Origin: a virus
Length of the DNA stretch: 64,000 nucleotides
Virus record (IMG/VR): IMGVR_UViG_3300021425_000005
Direction: 5' to 3' (one strand)
Shown here: positions 1 to 9,825 of the stretch, one piece after another
How the letters are laid out: every line of letters starts with the position of its first letter
Position numbering within the stretch: the first letter of the stretch is position 1
Notes under the pieces: generated by a model
The model's database searches: none
Told to the model about the DNA's origin: nothing
Seen by the model: only the letters and a program-made list of their open reading frames with translations
Translations under genes and position numbers: made by a program

Positions 1-1473
1 AGATTTTTTAGCAAAGGTCTTCCAATATGGTATATACCAATTCGATACACCCTGATGTGGTATGAATTCATTATTGAACCTCTGAGACCATTCTAATAGA
101 TCAAAGAAGTTCATACCGATCCTATCGTTTTTCCAAAAGAATGGGCGACTGGCTCTAAAATTGACATCTTTCATTCTATTAATAGCTTCGATGTTTTCAG
201 GTGTCCTCGGTAAGTGAGAAGGAAACCATTCTTCTAGCGACACGTCAGACTCTATATATCCAAGTTCTTCATAATTGTAAGATAGCGGCGGTAATTTCGA
301 CATGCTATCTGATGTATGTCCCTTTGGTTGAATTAGCAATGGATTAATATAAACCGATTGCCCTCTCCAATGATTGAATAACCAATCTTTAGTCTCATTC
401 AGAGACTCCCATGTGTCGTAAGGAAGCCCTGATATGAGTGACATCGTTGTCTTATATATAGGTGCGTTTTTGTTGAAATATTCTCGCATCTCTAATAGAC
501 CTTCGCGTAGTCTATTTTTAGCCATACCTTTATGAACCCATTTAGCGGATTTTTCATTGAAGGATTCAATACCGTAATGGTGAGATGTAAACCCCATGGC
601 AATCATATGTTCCCACTGTTCAGGTTTAGCAACAGCGATATCACCGCGAGCGAAACCTGTTATGAATGGCTTGAATGGCAACTTCTTAGTTACATCTGCA
701 TACTTACGCAACTTCTCAGTATAATCGTTTGTAGTCTCATCTCCAGATATGTAATTGGTGACACCGAAATTATCATAGTTATATCTCAACTCGTCTTCCC
801 AGCATTGAGCAGTTCGAGTATAATCTTTTGTCACACCCAATGCAGGGGCAGCACAAAACTTACACTTAAAAACACAACCCCTAGAAAATTCTGCATTCAA
901 AAATTCATCAGGTTGTATGAAGTCTCGCTCTTGATATCTTGTAGGTAATTCTTCTTTTGGATATGCCTTGTAAAAGTGAAGAGCATCGATGACTTTTAAT
1001 TCCTCACCATGTAAATTGACATGTTTACTAATAATTGGTTTCTTACCAGAGCCATGTAACCAATTCAGTAGTTCAACGATTGCATACTCACCCCAACCTT
1101 GGATATAATAATCTGCCTTAAATTCTTCGACAGTTGTTACGATTGGACCACCTGCGATAATTGTGATGTCAGGGTATTTTTCTTTGACCCACTCGAGAAA
1201 TGGGTTCATGTGTTGTGCCCATAATGCTTGAAACAAAGAACTCACACCCAGAAATTTTGTCCCCTTATTATACCTCATCGTCCAGAGTAGTTTTAATTCC
1301 TCAACGGTAAAGTGTGGGACAAAGTCTATAACCTCTACGTCCCACCCAATAGCACGTAAATGTGTAGCGATCTTATGTCCACCATAAGATCTTTTTGGAT
1401 CTGCTAGGATCGATTCGGGGGTGTAGCCAGTATGTTCATACAACTGACCACTAAAAATCATACCGTGATCCAT
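1..1473 (-). CDS. B12-binding radical SAM enzyme (3' end runs off the window; absent from the ORF track)
   Basis: Manual translation from ATG 1473 gives MDHGMIFSGQ...RSYGGHKIATHLRAIGWDVEVIDF...EFSRGCVFKCKFC (CxxxCxxC at ~850-875), then GDET and YGIESF. The frame appears open to position 1. Paralog of the adjacent gene. Confidence 0.9.
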   Translation of the reverse strand, partial: MDHGMIFSGQLYEHTGYTPESILADPKRSYGGHKIATHLRAIGWDVEVIDFVPHFTVEELKLLWTMRYNKGTKFLGVSSLFQALWAQHMNPFLEWVKEKYPDITIIAGGPIVTTVEEFKADYYIQGWGEYAIVELLNWLHGSGKKPIISKHVNLHGEELKVIDALHFYKAYPKEELPTRYQERDFIQPDEFLNAEFSRGCVFKCKFCAAPALGVTKDYTRTAQCWEDELRYNYDNFGVTNYISGDETTNDYTEKLRKYADVTKKLPFKPFITGFARGDIAVAKPEQWEHMIAMGFTSHHYGIESFNEKSAKWVHKGMAKNRLREGLLEMREYFNKNAPIYKTTMSLISGLPYDTWESLNETKDWLFNHWRGQSVYINPLLIQPKGHTSDSMSKLPPLSYNYEELGYIESDVSLEEWFPSHLPRTPENIEAINRMKDVNFRASRPFFWKNDRIGMNFFDLLEWSQRFNNEFIPHQGVSNWYIPYWKTFAKKS

Positions 1474-3077
1474 GACAGCTTCTTCAGTTTGTATTGTTCA
1501 ATAAAGGCATTTCTTTTCTCGTCATTTTCCTTATAACGAGGGTCGTTCGTCAACTCGTAACCTGTCATATTGATGACATCATCTAAATCATATACACCGA
1601 AAGTCGTCCACCTGTGGAAGTTCCAAGACAAACATTTTTGTGAGTGAACAAATCCATTTCTGGTGATATCTGCATAATATTTAGCTTGTATCTTAGTTGC
1701 TTCCCAAAAATTCATGATGTCTGTTTCCCAAGCCATCGGAACAGCATGTTTCTTTTTATATTCTTCGGGGAATCGACCTACATGTTGGAAGTGAGTTTTG
1801 ACTTGTTCTCTGATCAGTTCAGGGATTTCATTGTAATCAATATTCCAATCATCTACATTACCTTCTCTATATAATCCCGAAGATACTGCTGTTCTATCAA
1901 ACTCGGAACTATTTTCAGCATAGACCGAGTCGTGTGATGTAGAAATAAACAATGGGGTGATTGCTATAGACTCATTAGGCATATTTTTCTGTAGCCAATT
2001 GATACCATCATCGAAAGATTCTTCAGTCTCGTTAGGTAATCCAACGATGAGGCTAGATGTTGACCGATACTTGTTATTATATTTGAGAAATGATTCTCTG
2101 CAATCTACTAATCCCTGCTTCAGACGATCTACATTTAATCCTTTACCGATAGATTTAGCAGCATCTTGATGAAATGACTCAATACCATAGAAGTGACCCC
2201 AAAGACCCATACGTTGCATATTCTCCCAGTCGTTCTGTCTTGTAACAACCAGATCTGCACGAGTGTATCCTGTCATATTCAAGTCATACCCCAGATTATC
2301 AACTACATTCGCAATGCCGAGTAGTTTCTCGGAACTGTCGTTGACGGTCTCATCAGCAATAGTATAACTGACTGTCCCCCACTGCTCATAATTTCGTTTT
2401 AGTTCATCATGTATATTGAGCATGTCGCGCTCAAAATTACCCTTCATACCGATCAAATTGTATTGACAGAATTTACATTTAAACTTACAACCTCGAGCGA
2501 ATTCTAAGTTCAACCATTCTGTTGGTTGTATGAAATCTCTTTCTTGATATCTTACCTGCAAATCTTTACACGGATACGCTGGATGATGTGTGTCCGAGCG
2601 TATGAGTTTTTTCATTCCAAGGTCAGTCTCTACTTCTTGGATGACAGGATTACCATTGTTGTTCGTTAGCTTTTTGAGTAATTCTAGCAAACCATACTCA
2701 CCATAACCTGTAATATAATAATCAAGGTCAATCGGCATCATGGTGCTGAGGTTCTTTGAACCACCCAATAGTGCTATGTCAGGATAGTTATCTCGTAGCC
2801 ATTGTATTTTTTTAGAAAGTTTTGCAGCATTCTTTGGAGTATATGAAAACATAAAACTGACACCGATGAATACAGTATCAGATGTCACCCTAGATTCTAT
2901 GAATTCTTCAAACTCATCGTCTTGCCATTCATTGATGAAGTCACAAACCTCGATATCCCAACCTTCTTCACGCAAAAAAGATGCAATACGATACGCACCT
3001 GCAGCCCTCTTCATTGAAGTCCGTTCAGGCTCTAGTAGAGTCAGCTCCTCATATCCACCTAGTAATATTCCGTGCAT
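1458..3077 (-). CDS. B12-binding radical SAM enzyme
   Basis: N-terminal cobalamin-binding-like domain (GAYRIASFLREEGWDIEVCDF, LLGG, GYGE), EFARGCKFKCKFC, ADET, YGIESF, IVGLPNET. Confidence 0.92.
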   Translation of the reverse strand: MHGILLGGYEELTLLEPERTSMKRAAGAYRIASFLREEGWDIEVCDFINEWQDDEFEEFIESRVTSDTVFIGVSFMFSYTPKNAAKLSKKIQWLRDNYPDIALLGGSKNLSTMMPIDLDYYITGYGEYGLLELLKKLTNNNGNPVIQEVETDLGMKKLIRSDTHHPAYPCKDLQVRYQERDFIQPTEWLNLEFARGCKFKCKFCQYNLIGMKGNFERDMLNIHDELKRNYEQWGTVSYTIADETVNDSSEKLLGIANVVDNLGYDLNMTGYTRADLVVTRQNDWENMQRMGLWGHFYGIESFHQDAAKSIGKGLNVDRLKQGLVDCRESFLKYNNKYRSTSSLIVGLPNETEESFDDGINWLQKNMPNESIAITPLFISTSHDSVYAENSSEFDRTAVSSGLYREGNVDDWNIDYNEIPELIREQVKTHFQHVGRFPEEYKKKHAVPMAWETDIMNFWEATKIQAKYYADITRNGFVHSQKCLSWNFHRWTTFGVYDLDDVINMTGYELTNDPRYKENDEKRNAFIEQYKLKKLSWITV

Positions 3078-3856
3078 TAAATCAAGTCTCTTAGTGTATC
3101 CCTCACTTTTGGATAATATTCATCAAACAGTTGTTTGACTTCTACAGCATTCTCGATATGCTCATATGGGTCATCGGGCAACACCTTAACATTTTTACCT
3201 GCACCATCTTTAGGAATATCATCATAATCCATTTTCATATATTCGAATTGTGGTAATTGACTTTCGTAATCTAGTTCAGTATGGACTGTCTGGAAAATAT
3301 ATCTCCTCATACGACTAATGTCAACAAACAATTTGGTTTCGTTTTTACTGTAACGCCAGTTATCATTTGTCTTTGCGAAGTAATAACTGATCAGCCTCTT
3401 TTCAAAGTCTCTATCTAAGCGAATAAACTTGAAATTGTGTTCTTGTAGGATAGATATTGTTTTTTCTAACCCTAAGAAGATGTATTGTTCACCATAAAAG
3501 AATCGACATGACAGTGGTTGGAAGTTGTCAGCTTGTGATAGTAAACCTATCTTACGATAAACCTCTTCCCAAAAATTTACTGACTGAAACTCACCAGCAC
3601 CATAATCTCTATCTTTAGAAATTATAGTGTCGCCTTCTAAATAGACTTCAGTATCTCTGATTGAAAATGGATGAAACAACTCTCCCAATTTGGCAGAGTC
3701 GCCATAGACTTCGTTGAGGTGTTTGTGTATTTGGTATTCTAAGAGGTGACTACCAGTCCTCGGCATACCGAACACACACCATCGATGGTGTTTCAAATTG
3801 TCAATCATAATATAGTTATTTAGGTCTAGTTTTCGACCTTTGCTCCACCACGCCAT
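3077..3856 (-). CDS. Sulfotransferase-fold protein (start may be an internal Met)
   Basis: N-terminal VFGMPRTGSHLL PAPS-binding-like loop, GELF, and an RLDR...RLISY motif as in Stf0-like sulfotransferases. Confidence 0.65.
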   Translation of the reverse strand: MAWWSKGRKLDLNNYIMIDNLKHHRWCVFGMPRTGSHLLEYQIHKHLNEVYGDSAKLGELFHPFSIRDTEVYLEGDTIISKDRDYGAGEFQSVNFWEEVYRKIGLLSQADNFQPLSCRFFYGEQYIFLGLEKTISILQEHNFKFIRLDRDFEKRLISYYFAKTNDNWRYSKNETKLFVDISRMRRYIFQTVHTELDYESQLPQFEYMKMDYDDIPKDGAGKNVKVLPDDPYEHIENAVEVKQLFDEYYPKVRDTLRDLI

Positions 3857-4440
3857 TGTTTACACGACCAATAACGAGCTTTGGTTTTTGGTCCAGGATT
3901 GTCGCAATTATGGCGAGCACGGAAATTCTTGCGGCGTTCTGGATCGTCTCGCTTAATTTCCATATTTGGATCACCGAAACGAACTACTTTAATTTTCTTC
4001 GTTGATGGATCACGAACATATACTTTAAATTTTTTATTAGGATTCTCAGAGGTGCGGATGATGTTATTCAGCTTCACACCTTTCTTTTCCCCATCTTCCA
4101 TGATGGTTACTTCTTCCTGAATCTCGTCCTCGGCACAATTGCCGCAGCAAGCATCAGTGCCACAATTAGGATGCTCTAGATCCTCTAGAAACTTCTCATC
4201 ATCGTGTTCGGTGTGAGCAAGGTCAGTGTCGTGGTTTAAACCACCCTTTTTCTTCTTGGCGATAAAGGCATTAACACGAGCATGTCCCCATTGTTGAGGC
4301 GTAGTTCCTGGACGGTGACCAGTTTTCCAAGCAGCGACGCCACGATTATAAACTTTGCGTAATGTTCCTACAGAGATGCCTGATTTCTTAGCTTTATCAG
4401 CCATTGCACCTTCGATGATGTGGTCATTAAACGTCTTCAT
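3826..4440 (-). CDS. Putative internal head protein, two basic modules
   Basis: N-terminus MKTFNDHIIE resembles the T4 capsid-targeting sequence. Modules KVYNRGVAAWKTGHRPG-WGHARVN and KKFKVYV-RFGD-RARHNC-ARYWSC recur in large phage/NCLDV proteins (recalled). Confidence 0.7.
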   Translation of the reverse strand: MKTFNDHIIEGAMADKAKKSGISVGTLRKVYNRGVAAWKTGHRPGTTPQQWGHARVNAFIAKKKKGGLNHDTDLAHTEHDDEKFLEDLEHPNCGTDACCGNCAEDEIQEEVTIMEDGEKKGVKLNNIIRTSENPNKKFKVYVRDPSTKKIKVVRFGDPNMEIKRDDPERRKNFRARHNCDNPGPKTKARYWSCKQWRGGAKVEN

Positions 4441-4543
4441 TTTTCTTACCCTTTGAACCGATCTTGTTATTATCTTTCCAGAGCCGTTCCAATGCTTCAG
4501 ACTTGGGAACTTTCTTTAGTTTTGGCTTTGGTATTTTCTTCAT
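4427..4543 (-). CDS. 38-aa Lys-rich microprotein MKKIPKPKLKKVPKSEALERLWKDNNKIGSKGKKNEDV
   Basis: Its ATG overlaps the TGA of the upstream gene (ATGA coupling) and it fills the gap to the next gene. Confidence 0.55.
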   Translation of the reverse strand: MKKIPKPKLKKVPKSEALERLWKDNNKIGSKGKKNEDV

Positions 4544-7101
4544 TTCTTTTTAATCTTGAATTTTTTCGCTTTATACTTAGAAGCACTGCCGCCCTTCTTG
4601 ACAACAAACTTCTTAGCTTTTTGTGATGTCATCGCACCACGCTTCTTCAGTCGATTCAACTCAGCTTTGCGCATTTGAGGAACCATACGAACAGCGATAC
4701 GAGCAATCAACGGTTGAAAGCGTTGAATCATTTTTTCAAGGCGAGACTTTTCAGCTGGTGGAAGCGAACTTTTATCGCGACCACGAAGCAATCTCTTATA
4801 CATCATACCACGTGCACCACGAGTAGCACGCATTTTAATTTTATCTGGTGTAGCAGACTTACGCATCGCACGAGCGCGAGCAACTTTCAGCTTCTGTTTA
4901 TTGCGGCGAGCAGCTTGGCGGCGTTTAATACGACCCAATGGCGTGAGTGCTTCAGTAACCTCGACATCAGAGTGAACATCATCTGGATCGATTTCGAATG
5001 TTTCGATCTCATCTGGGCTATACATGCCCAACTCAATCATATCATCAATCGTGAGATTATCAGCCTGATTCATCATATCTTGGATATCTTCGTCAGTCAG
5101 AGTGAAATCCATCGGTTCACCAATCTCAGGTTTACTGTGATCAGCCAGTTCCCAAAACTTTTTAATATCTTCAACAACATCTAATACATTTTCGCGAACG
5201 ATAAACCCATCGCCGCGATCTTTGTAACCATCGGGAATAGGGGTGCATGCCTTGCGTTGACGACACCAGTAGTATCCTTCTTCACACTTATGACCATCTT
5301 CTTCGTTTACTTGTTCTTGTTTCTTCGCTGCAGTATTTCTTTCAGCTGATTTTTTCCAGTAGTCACTTTGCGCTTTCTTTTTATCCAAGAACTTCTGGAG
5401 CCTCTTGTGAGCAGGAGACTTATATATGCCATAATCAGTTTTCTTACCGTAGAGATTAGATCCCTCATTTACTTCCTCCTCCATTTTTACTGCTTTGTAA
5501 TGATGTTTAGAAGTAGTTTTATTTTTCTTTGTGGTTTTTCCTGGCTCTCCTGGAGTTACAGCTTTCATGTATTCAGTCCCTTCAGGTGTTCCCCATTCGT
5601 ATTTGTATTCTTCAGCAGCATACTTCTTAGGGAGTTTACCTTTCTTGATTAAGTCATTCACCAAATCTGAAAGTTGTTTTGGATGTTCAGCACCCATACT
5701 TTTACGAAAGAAATCCCAAGATTTTGCTCTTGGATTCTGTTCTTTATGTTTGATCCATTGCTTCACAGCATGCTTATAGCGTTTACGATTATAGAGAACA
5801 CGGTCTAGATATTTGTCGAGGGCAGGAAACAACATCGCGCCTGTCGACTTATCACCCCAAGCACCTGCCTTTCCAAAAACTCTTTCATAGAGATCTTGCT
5901 CTTCATCTATTTTGATTTTATCAAATGTCTTTGTATCTTTAACACGCTGTTTAGAAACACGCTTCTTAACATTGCGAAGTTTGCCGATCTTTGGTAGCGT
6001 CATTGAATCGCGCTCTTCGGATTCTTCTTTATTCAAGAGATTATCGACATACTTGGTATATTTTGATGGTTTAGTTTTAGCAGTCTTGTCTCCAGGAGCT
6101 GGCTTGTATGCCTTTGGATCGCTATCTGACATCTTAGCTTGGCGTTTGAATTGAGCATCACGAGCCTTTTTAGTTGATTTGCTCAAACCTTTATGATACT
6201 TAGCAGGTTGTGAACCCTTGCGCTTGGCGATATCTTTATCTTGCGGGACTTCTGTTTTTTCTTCCATGGCATCTAACTTAGCAGCGATTGCCATTTGGCG
6301 GCGTTTTGCCTTTGACTTGCCTTTGAACTGTGGAGCATCTGACTTATAAAAATCATCAATCCAATCACCCATCGAGTCAGACGCTTTTAATTTCTCAATC
6401 AGCTCAAGCTGCTCTACAGCTTCTTCGCGCATCTTTTGTTTTTGAGCGTTCGTTATCCACTCACGTGCCTTATGATTTCTAACAGGGGCACGGACAAACT
6501 GCTGAATTTGCCGATAAGCTGATAATGTGTTAGATTCTACGTTACTGTCAGAACTATTGTCAACAATAATCATTTCATTTCTGAACATACGCTGAAACGC
6601 ACCGATGTTATTTTGAACATCATTCCACATTTTCTTTACTACATTATCAGGAAGTGTTCTTGCTCTTGCTCTATTTCTTTCAAGAGCAGTTTCAATATCA
6701 GTATTGACAAAAATCATAGCTACATCATAACCGATGTTTTTCAAAGTAATCATTTGACGCTGAATTTTCGCAACATCTTTACCAGTGCCATCGATAACGA
6801 GACCAAGACGACCGATAACTGAGAGACTCAGCTTCTTTTGCGTGAGATATTTAGCTTGTTTTCTGATAGATTGACCCTTTTCTGAGTAAATATTCTCAGG
6901 AGTCGGAGCCATTTCTGCTTTACGAAGAGCAGCTTCAAACACATCGTCAGAGTTAATAGGTCTAAGACCAAAAGTTGACAAAGCAGTTTTACCTACCATG
7001 AAGGATTTACCACTTCCTGGACCACCTGCAAGGAATACTGCCTTGAAGATTCCAGGGTCGTTCACACCCTCTGAGATAAATTCTTTAAAACTTTCGGTCA
7101 T
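4540..7101 (-). CDS. Large modular internal head protein with N-terminal P-loop kinase (zeta-toxin/PNK-like) domain
   Basis: MTESFKEFISE capsid-targeting-like start; FLAGGPGSGKS Walker A, VIDGTG, ALERNRARAR lid; followed by basic modules separated by acidic (L/I/V/M)-x-E linkers; late promoter upstream. Confidence 0.75.
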   Translation of the reverse strand: MTESFKEFISEGVNDPGIFKAVFLAGGPGSGKSFMVGKTALSTFGLRPINSDDVFEAALRKAEMAPTPENIYSEKGQSIRKQAKYLTQKKLSLSVIGRLGLVIDGTGKDVAKIQRQMITLKNIGYDVAMIFVNTDIETALERNRARARTLPDNVVKKMWNDVQNNIGAFQRMFRNEMIIVDNSSDSNVESNTLSAYRQIQQFVRAPVRNHKAREWITNAQKQKMREEAVEQLELIEKLKASDSMGDWIDDFYKSDAPQFKGKSKAKRRQMAIAAKLDAMEEKTEVPQDKDIAKRKGSQPAKYHKGLSKSTKKARDAQFKRQAKMSDSDPKAYKPAPGDKTAKTKPSKYTKYVDNLLNKEESEERDSMTLPKIGKLRNVKKRVSKQRVKDTKTFDKIKIDEEQDLYERVFGKAGAWGDKSTGAMLFPALDKYLDRVLYNRKRYKHAVKQWIKHKEQNPRAKSWDFFRKSMGAEHPKQLSDLVNDLIKKGKLPKKYAAEEYKYEWGTPEGTEYMKAVTPGEPGKTTKKNKTTSKHHYKAVKMEEEVNEGSNLYGKKTDYGIYKSPAHKRLQKFLDKKKAQSDYWKKSAERNTAAKKQEQVNEEDGHKCEEGYYWCRQRKACTPIPDGYKDRGDGFIVRENVLDVVEDIKKFWELADHSKPEIGEPMDFTLTDEDIQDMMNQADNLTIDDMIELGMYSPDEIETFEIDPDDVHSDVEVTEALTPLGRIKRRQAARRNKQKLKVARARAMRKSATPDKIKMRATRGARGMMYKRLLRGRDKSSLPPAEKSRLEKMIQRFQPLIARIAVRMVPQMRKAELNRLKKRGAMTSQKAKKFVVKKGGSASKYKAKKFKIKKK

Positions 7102-7177
7102 TTTTTCTCTAACAGCTCGTAAATAACACTTGAGACTGCTGGGCTGTGATTACTCAGCAGTTTATATAATCCTACAC

Positions 7178-7185
7178 TATTTATA
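7178..7185 (-). promoter_or_regulatory. T4-type late promoter TATAAATA
   Basis: Exact consensus ~77 nt upstream of the 853-aa gene. Confidence 0.7.
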
Positions 7186-7257
7186 AGATTTGTGCGTTCT
7201 TCGGCTGTTAGAGGGGTTGGTCTTCGTTTTAATCTACTCAAACGATTAAATAATCTT

Positions 7258-7533
7258 CTAGATATTCGATCCACCGTCAATTAACTCCATGGTTTTCTCA
7301 TTAAAAATTTTACATTCAGGTTCATTTGTAAGTTCAAACCCAGAAAAATCTGTATTATTAGTTACCTGTTCATAAAAAGATTGCATCCATTCCGTTCTTC
7401 TTTGGATTGAATATAACTCGCAATCTGATCTTTTTTCAAATTTTGGTTCAAACATAACCATTTGATATTCAGAGGTAGATATTTCGCCTGAAGGATACAT
7501 TCCCACAATCCAAAAGACGATAACCCACCTCAT
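7258..7533 (-). CDS. Hypothetical secreted/membrane protein
   Basis: Hydrophobic N-terminus, two Cys, ATGA-coupled to the peptidase gene. Confidence 0.6.
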   Translation of the reverse strand: MRWVIVFWIVGMYPSGEISTSEYQMVMFEPKFEKRSDCELYSIQRRTEWMQSFYEQVTNNTDFSGFELTNEPECKIFNEKTMELIDGGSNI

Positions 7534-7994
7534 TCTATCAAACCTTGCTTATATACAGTTTTGCCATCCTCTTTCATAGCAGTGAGAGTTGACTTACGAT
7601 TGGGTGCGACACGATTAAATGATACATGCACCCAACCGCTATCAGGTATTCCTGGAGTATAAAACTCTAGAATTAGCTGATCATAGTCAAGATTTTGTTC
7701 AATCCATCGCGCAACATCGTAATTGCTATGACCAGGACATTCAATGTCAACTGCTTCGCCTTTACAATGCTGGCTTTTGCTAGATCCACCAACTTTTGCA
7801 TTGAGTTCTTCTCCTCTATATCCAGAGTTAATGACAGTCAAACCAAAGTTGTCGCGAACAGGCTGGACTACATGTTCGAATAATGCTTTGGCTGACTCTA
7901 AATGCTCATCGGTCGGTGTATTGTCCAACCCATGACGCAATGCTGTTTGGCTCTTCGTGAACTCGGCGAGCGTAAAATTCTTAGATAGTCGCAT
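7530..7994 (-). CDS. Peptidase M15A (Zn D-Ala-D-Ala peptidase fold; endolysin-like)
   Basis: LSKNFTLAEF, INSGYR, SQHCKGEAVD, WVHVS motifs. Confidence 0.88.
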   Translation of the reverse strand: MRLSKNFTLAEFTKSQTALRHGLDNTPTDEHLESAKALFEHVVQPVRDNFGLTVINSGYRGEELNAKVGGSSKSQHCKGEAVDIECPGHSNYDVARWIEQNLDYDQLILEFYTPGIPDSGWVHVSFNRVAPNRKSTLTAMKEDGKTVYKQGLIE

Positions 7995-7996
7995 AA

Positions 7997-8584
7997 TTAA
8001 TCCTTAATAAATTCTGAAAAGGAAACATAAGTTTCTTTTAGTTGCATTCCTTCGCGCACATCATTGAATAGCTGTTTAGCACCTCGATAGCCAGCTGGTA
8101 ATCCACGCTTAAAATTAGTAAAATCGTTATTCTTCGCATATAATCGCATTTTGCTGGCACTAATACCAGTCACACCCTCAGCATCTGGGTCTCGGTCGCC
8201 AGAAGATACAACCTTAATCGACTTGAAGTTGAAATCTTTGCCGTTGTATTGTTTCAACAAACGCTCAAACTCTGGGACACGGTCAGAGCCAGCAACGAAA
8301 ATAAGATTGTCATATTTACCAGTCAGTAAAGCAAGCTGCTTAATAAATGATGGATGTGTTTTATCCGAAGATTTTATATTGCTATTCGGAAACATCGCTT
8401 TCAGATGTTTGACTTTTGTTTTAGTGTCTAGCGGATTTTTATTTTTGTCTTGGCTATGACTCGCCACAATTAGATGATCTGCTCGACTTGTTTGTGCGAG
8501 GCGTTTTACCTTCGCAATCAACTTACCGTGACCATTAGTTGGTGGGTTCATACGACCAAATGCGAATACTACTGTTTTACTCAT
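7997..8584 (-). CDS. Cytidyltransferase-like (HxGH) nucleotidyltransferase
   Basis: FGRMNPPTNGH, KNPL, VAGSDRV, ISASKMR. Confidence 0.85.
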   Translation of the reverse strand: MSKTVVFAFGRMNPPTNGHGKLIAKVKRLAQTSRADHLIVASHSQDKNKNPLDTKTKVKHLKAMFPNSNIKSSDKTHPSFIKQLALLTGKYDNLIFVAGSDRVPEFERLLKQYNGKDFNFKSIKVVSSGDRDPDAEGVTGISASKMRLYAKNNDFTNFKRGLPAGYRGAKQLFNDVREGMQLKETYVSFSEFIKD

Positions 8585-9825
8585 TTATCCCATGCCTTGA
8601 TAGCGGTGAAGTTATTAAAACTAAATTCCATTCTATCAACGAGTTTAACAGCATTGCCAGCCACTCGATCAATCGCAACATAACCTTCAGGTGTTGTAAC
8701 CTTAAATCCGTTGCTTGTTCTAATAAATGTTCCGATACTCTTTACTCTATTTAGTTTGCCAATAATCATATCCTTCGCTTCAACGATCCCTGACATAAAA
8801 GCAAAGATATTGCCGAGAAGTTCTTGGTGTGATTTCAATAGAGTTAGTGTTTCTTTTTTTCTTTGTTCTAATGCTTTCTGAGATTTTTCAGTTTTAAGTT
8901 TTGCGATCTCAGAATCAAATTTATCAGAAACATGCTGTAGATAACCAGCAGCATGTGACTTGTTTATTTTAGTTTGCGCTCTCACTTTTGTATTGATGTA
9001 AGTTTTAACATTAGCACCAACCATTTTGCCAGTGAGAGAATTCTGTAGATTGAGAAATGCACTTAACTTATTGCTGTCAATCTTTCTGAATGTCAAACCG
9101 ACGCCAGATAAGACACGAGTAATCTGATCAGTCTCAGTCTTCGTGAATGTTGCCATACCAGATGTATCTTTGTAAGTAGCATCATCCATCCAAACAGATG
9201 AAATCTTACGCAGACCGCTGATGTTAGCACCAAAAGATGCTTTCATTTCAGGCAACGATCGTCCAGTATATGACGTATGCCAAACCACACCAATCTTTGC
9301 TTTTTTAAACTTTGCGTCCAGTGGCGTTCCCTGAGGAACAGCATAGACAATAGTATTAGGTTGGAAAGTTGTGTGTCTTTGACCATCAATCATAGTGGAC
9401 TCAAGGTCTTCCGATGTAAACATCAGATCGCCTTGAATTACATTTGTAATGCCCAGTTTAGAAAACTCTGAAAGGGCAATACTAAATTTCTTTTTAAGCG
9501 AAGGTTGCAACTTGGTATCATTATTGATGTCAGATTGCGACTTATAGAGGAGGGGAGTTTTATTAAAAACTGATTTCTTTGCGACGAAAAACTTTCCGTC
9601 GGCAGGATCGATACCTGCAAAAATGGCTGGTGCGCCATCCCACTTAACAGTCATGTTAATAGAGGAACGACTGCTACCAGCCAACATATCTCTCAGAGAG
9701 CGTAGAAAATTGATAGAGCCTCTCGCTCCACCAATACCAAAGTTTAGGATTTCGTCTTCGATGTGCTCAAGGTGCAAGTTCTTACCTTGTGCATCTTCAT
9801 TCAGAAATGTCCTTAGACTTTGCAT
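8581..9825 (-). CDS. Conserved phage protein with ATP-dependent ligase-like motifs; probable internal head protein
   Basis: MQSLRTFLNE start; HLEHIED; KWDG (motif I), QGDLMF (III), EGYVA (IV), VKLVDR (V). Confidence 0.7.
   Translation of the reverse strand: MQSLRTFLNEDAQGKNLHLEHIEDEILNFGIGGARGSINFLRSLRDMLAGSSRSSINMTVKWDGAPAIFAGIDPADGKFFVAKKSVFNKTPLLYKSQSDINNDTKLQPSLKKKFSIALSEFSKLGITNVIQGDLMFTSEDLESTMIDGQRHTTFQPNTIVYAVPQGTPLDAKFKKAKIGVVWHTSYTGRSLPEMKASFGANISGLRKISSVWMDDATYKDTSGMATFTKTETDQITRVLSGVGLTFRKIDSNKLSAFLNLQNSLTGKMVGANVKTYINTKVRAQTKINKSHAAGYLQHVSDKFDSEIAKLKTEKSQKALEQRKKETLTLLKSHQELLGNIFAFMSGIVEAKDMIIGKLNRVKSIGTFIRTSNGFKVTTPEGYVAIDRVAGNAVKLVDRMEFSFNNFTAIKAWDK

Noticed and set aside
7098-7280. 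60-aa ORF upstream of the 853-aa gene
   Set aside because: TTG start, no recognisable motif, and it spans the late promoter/leader region. It may be real but is unsupported.
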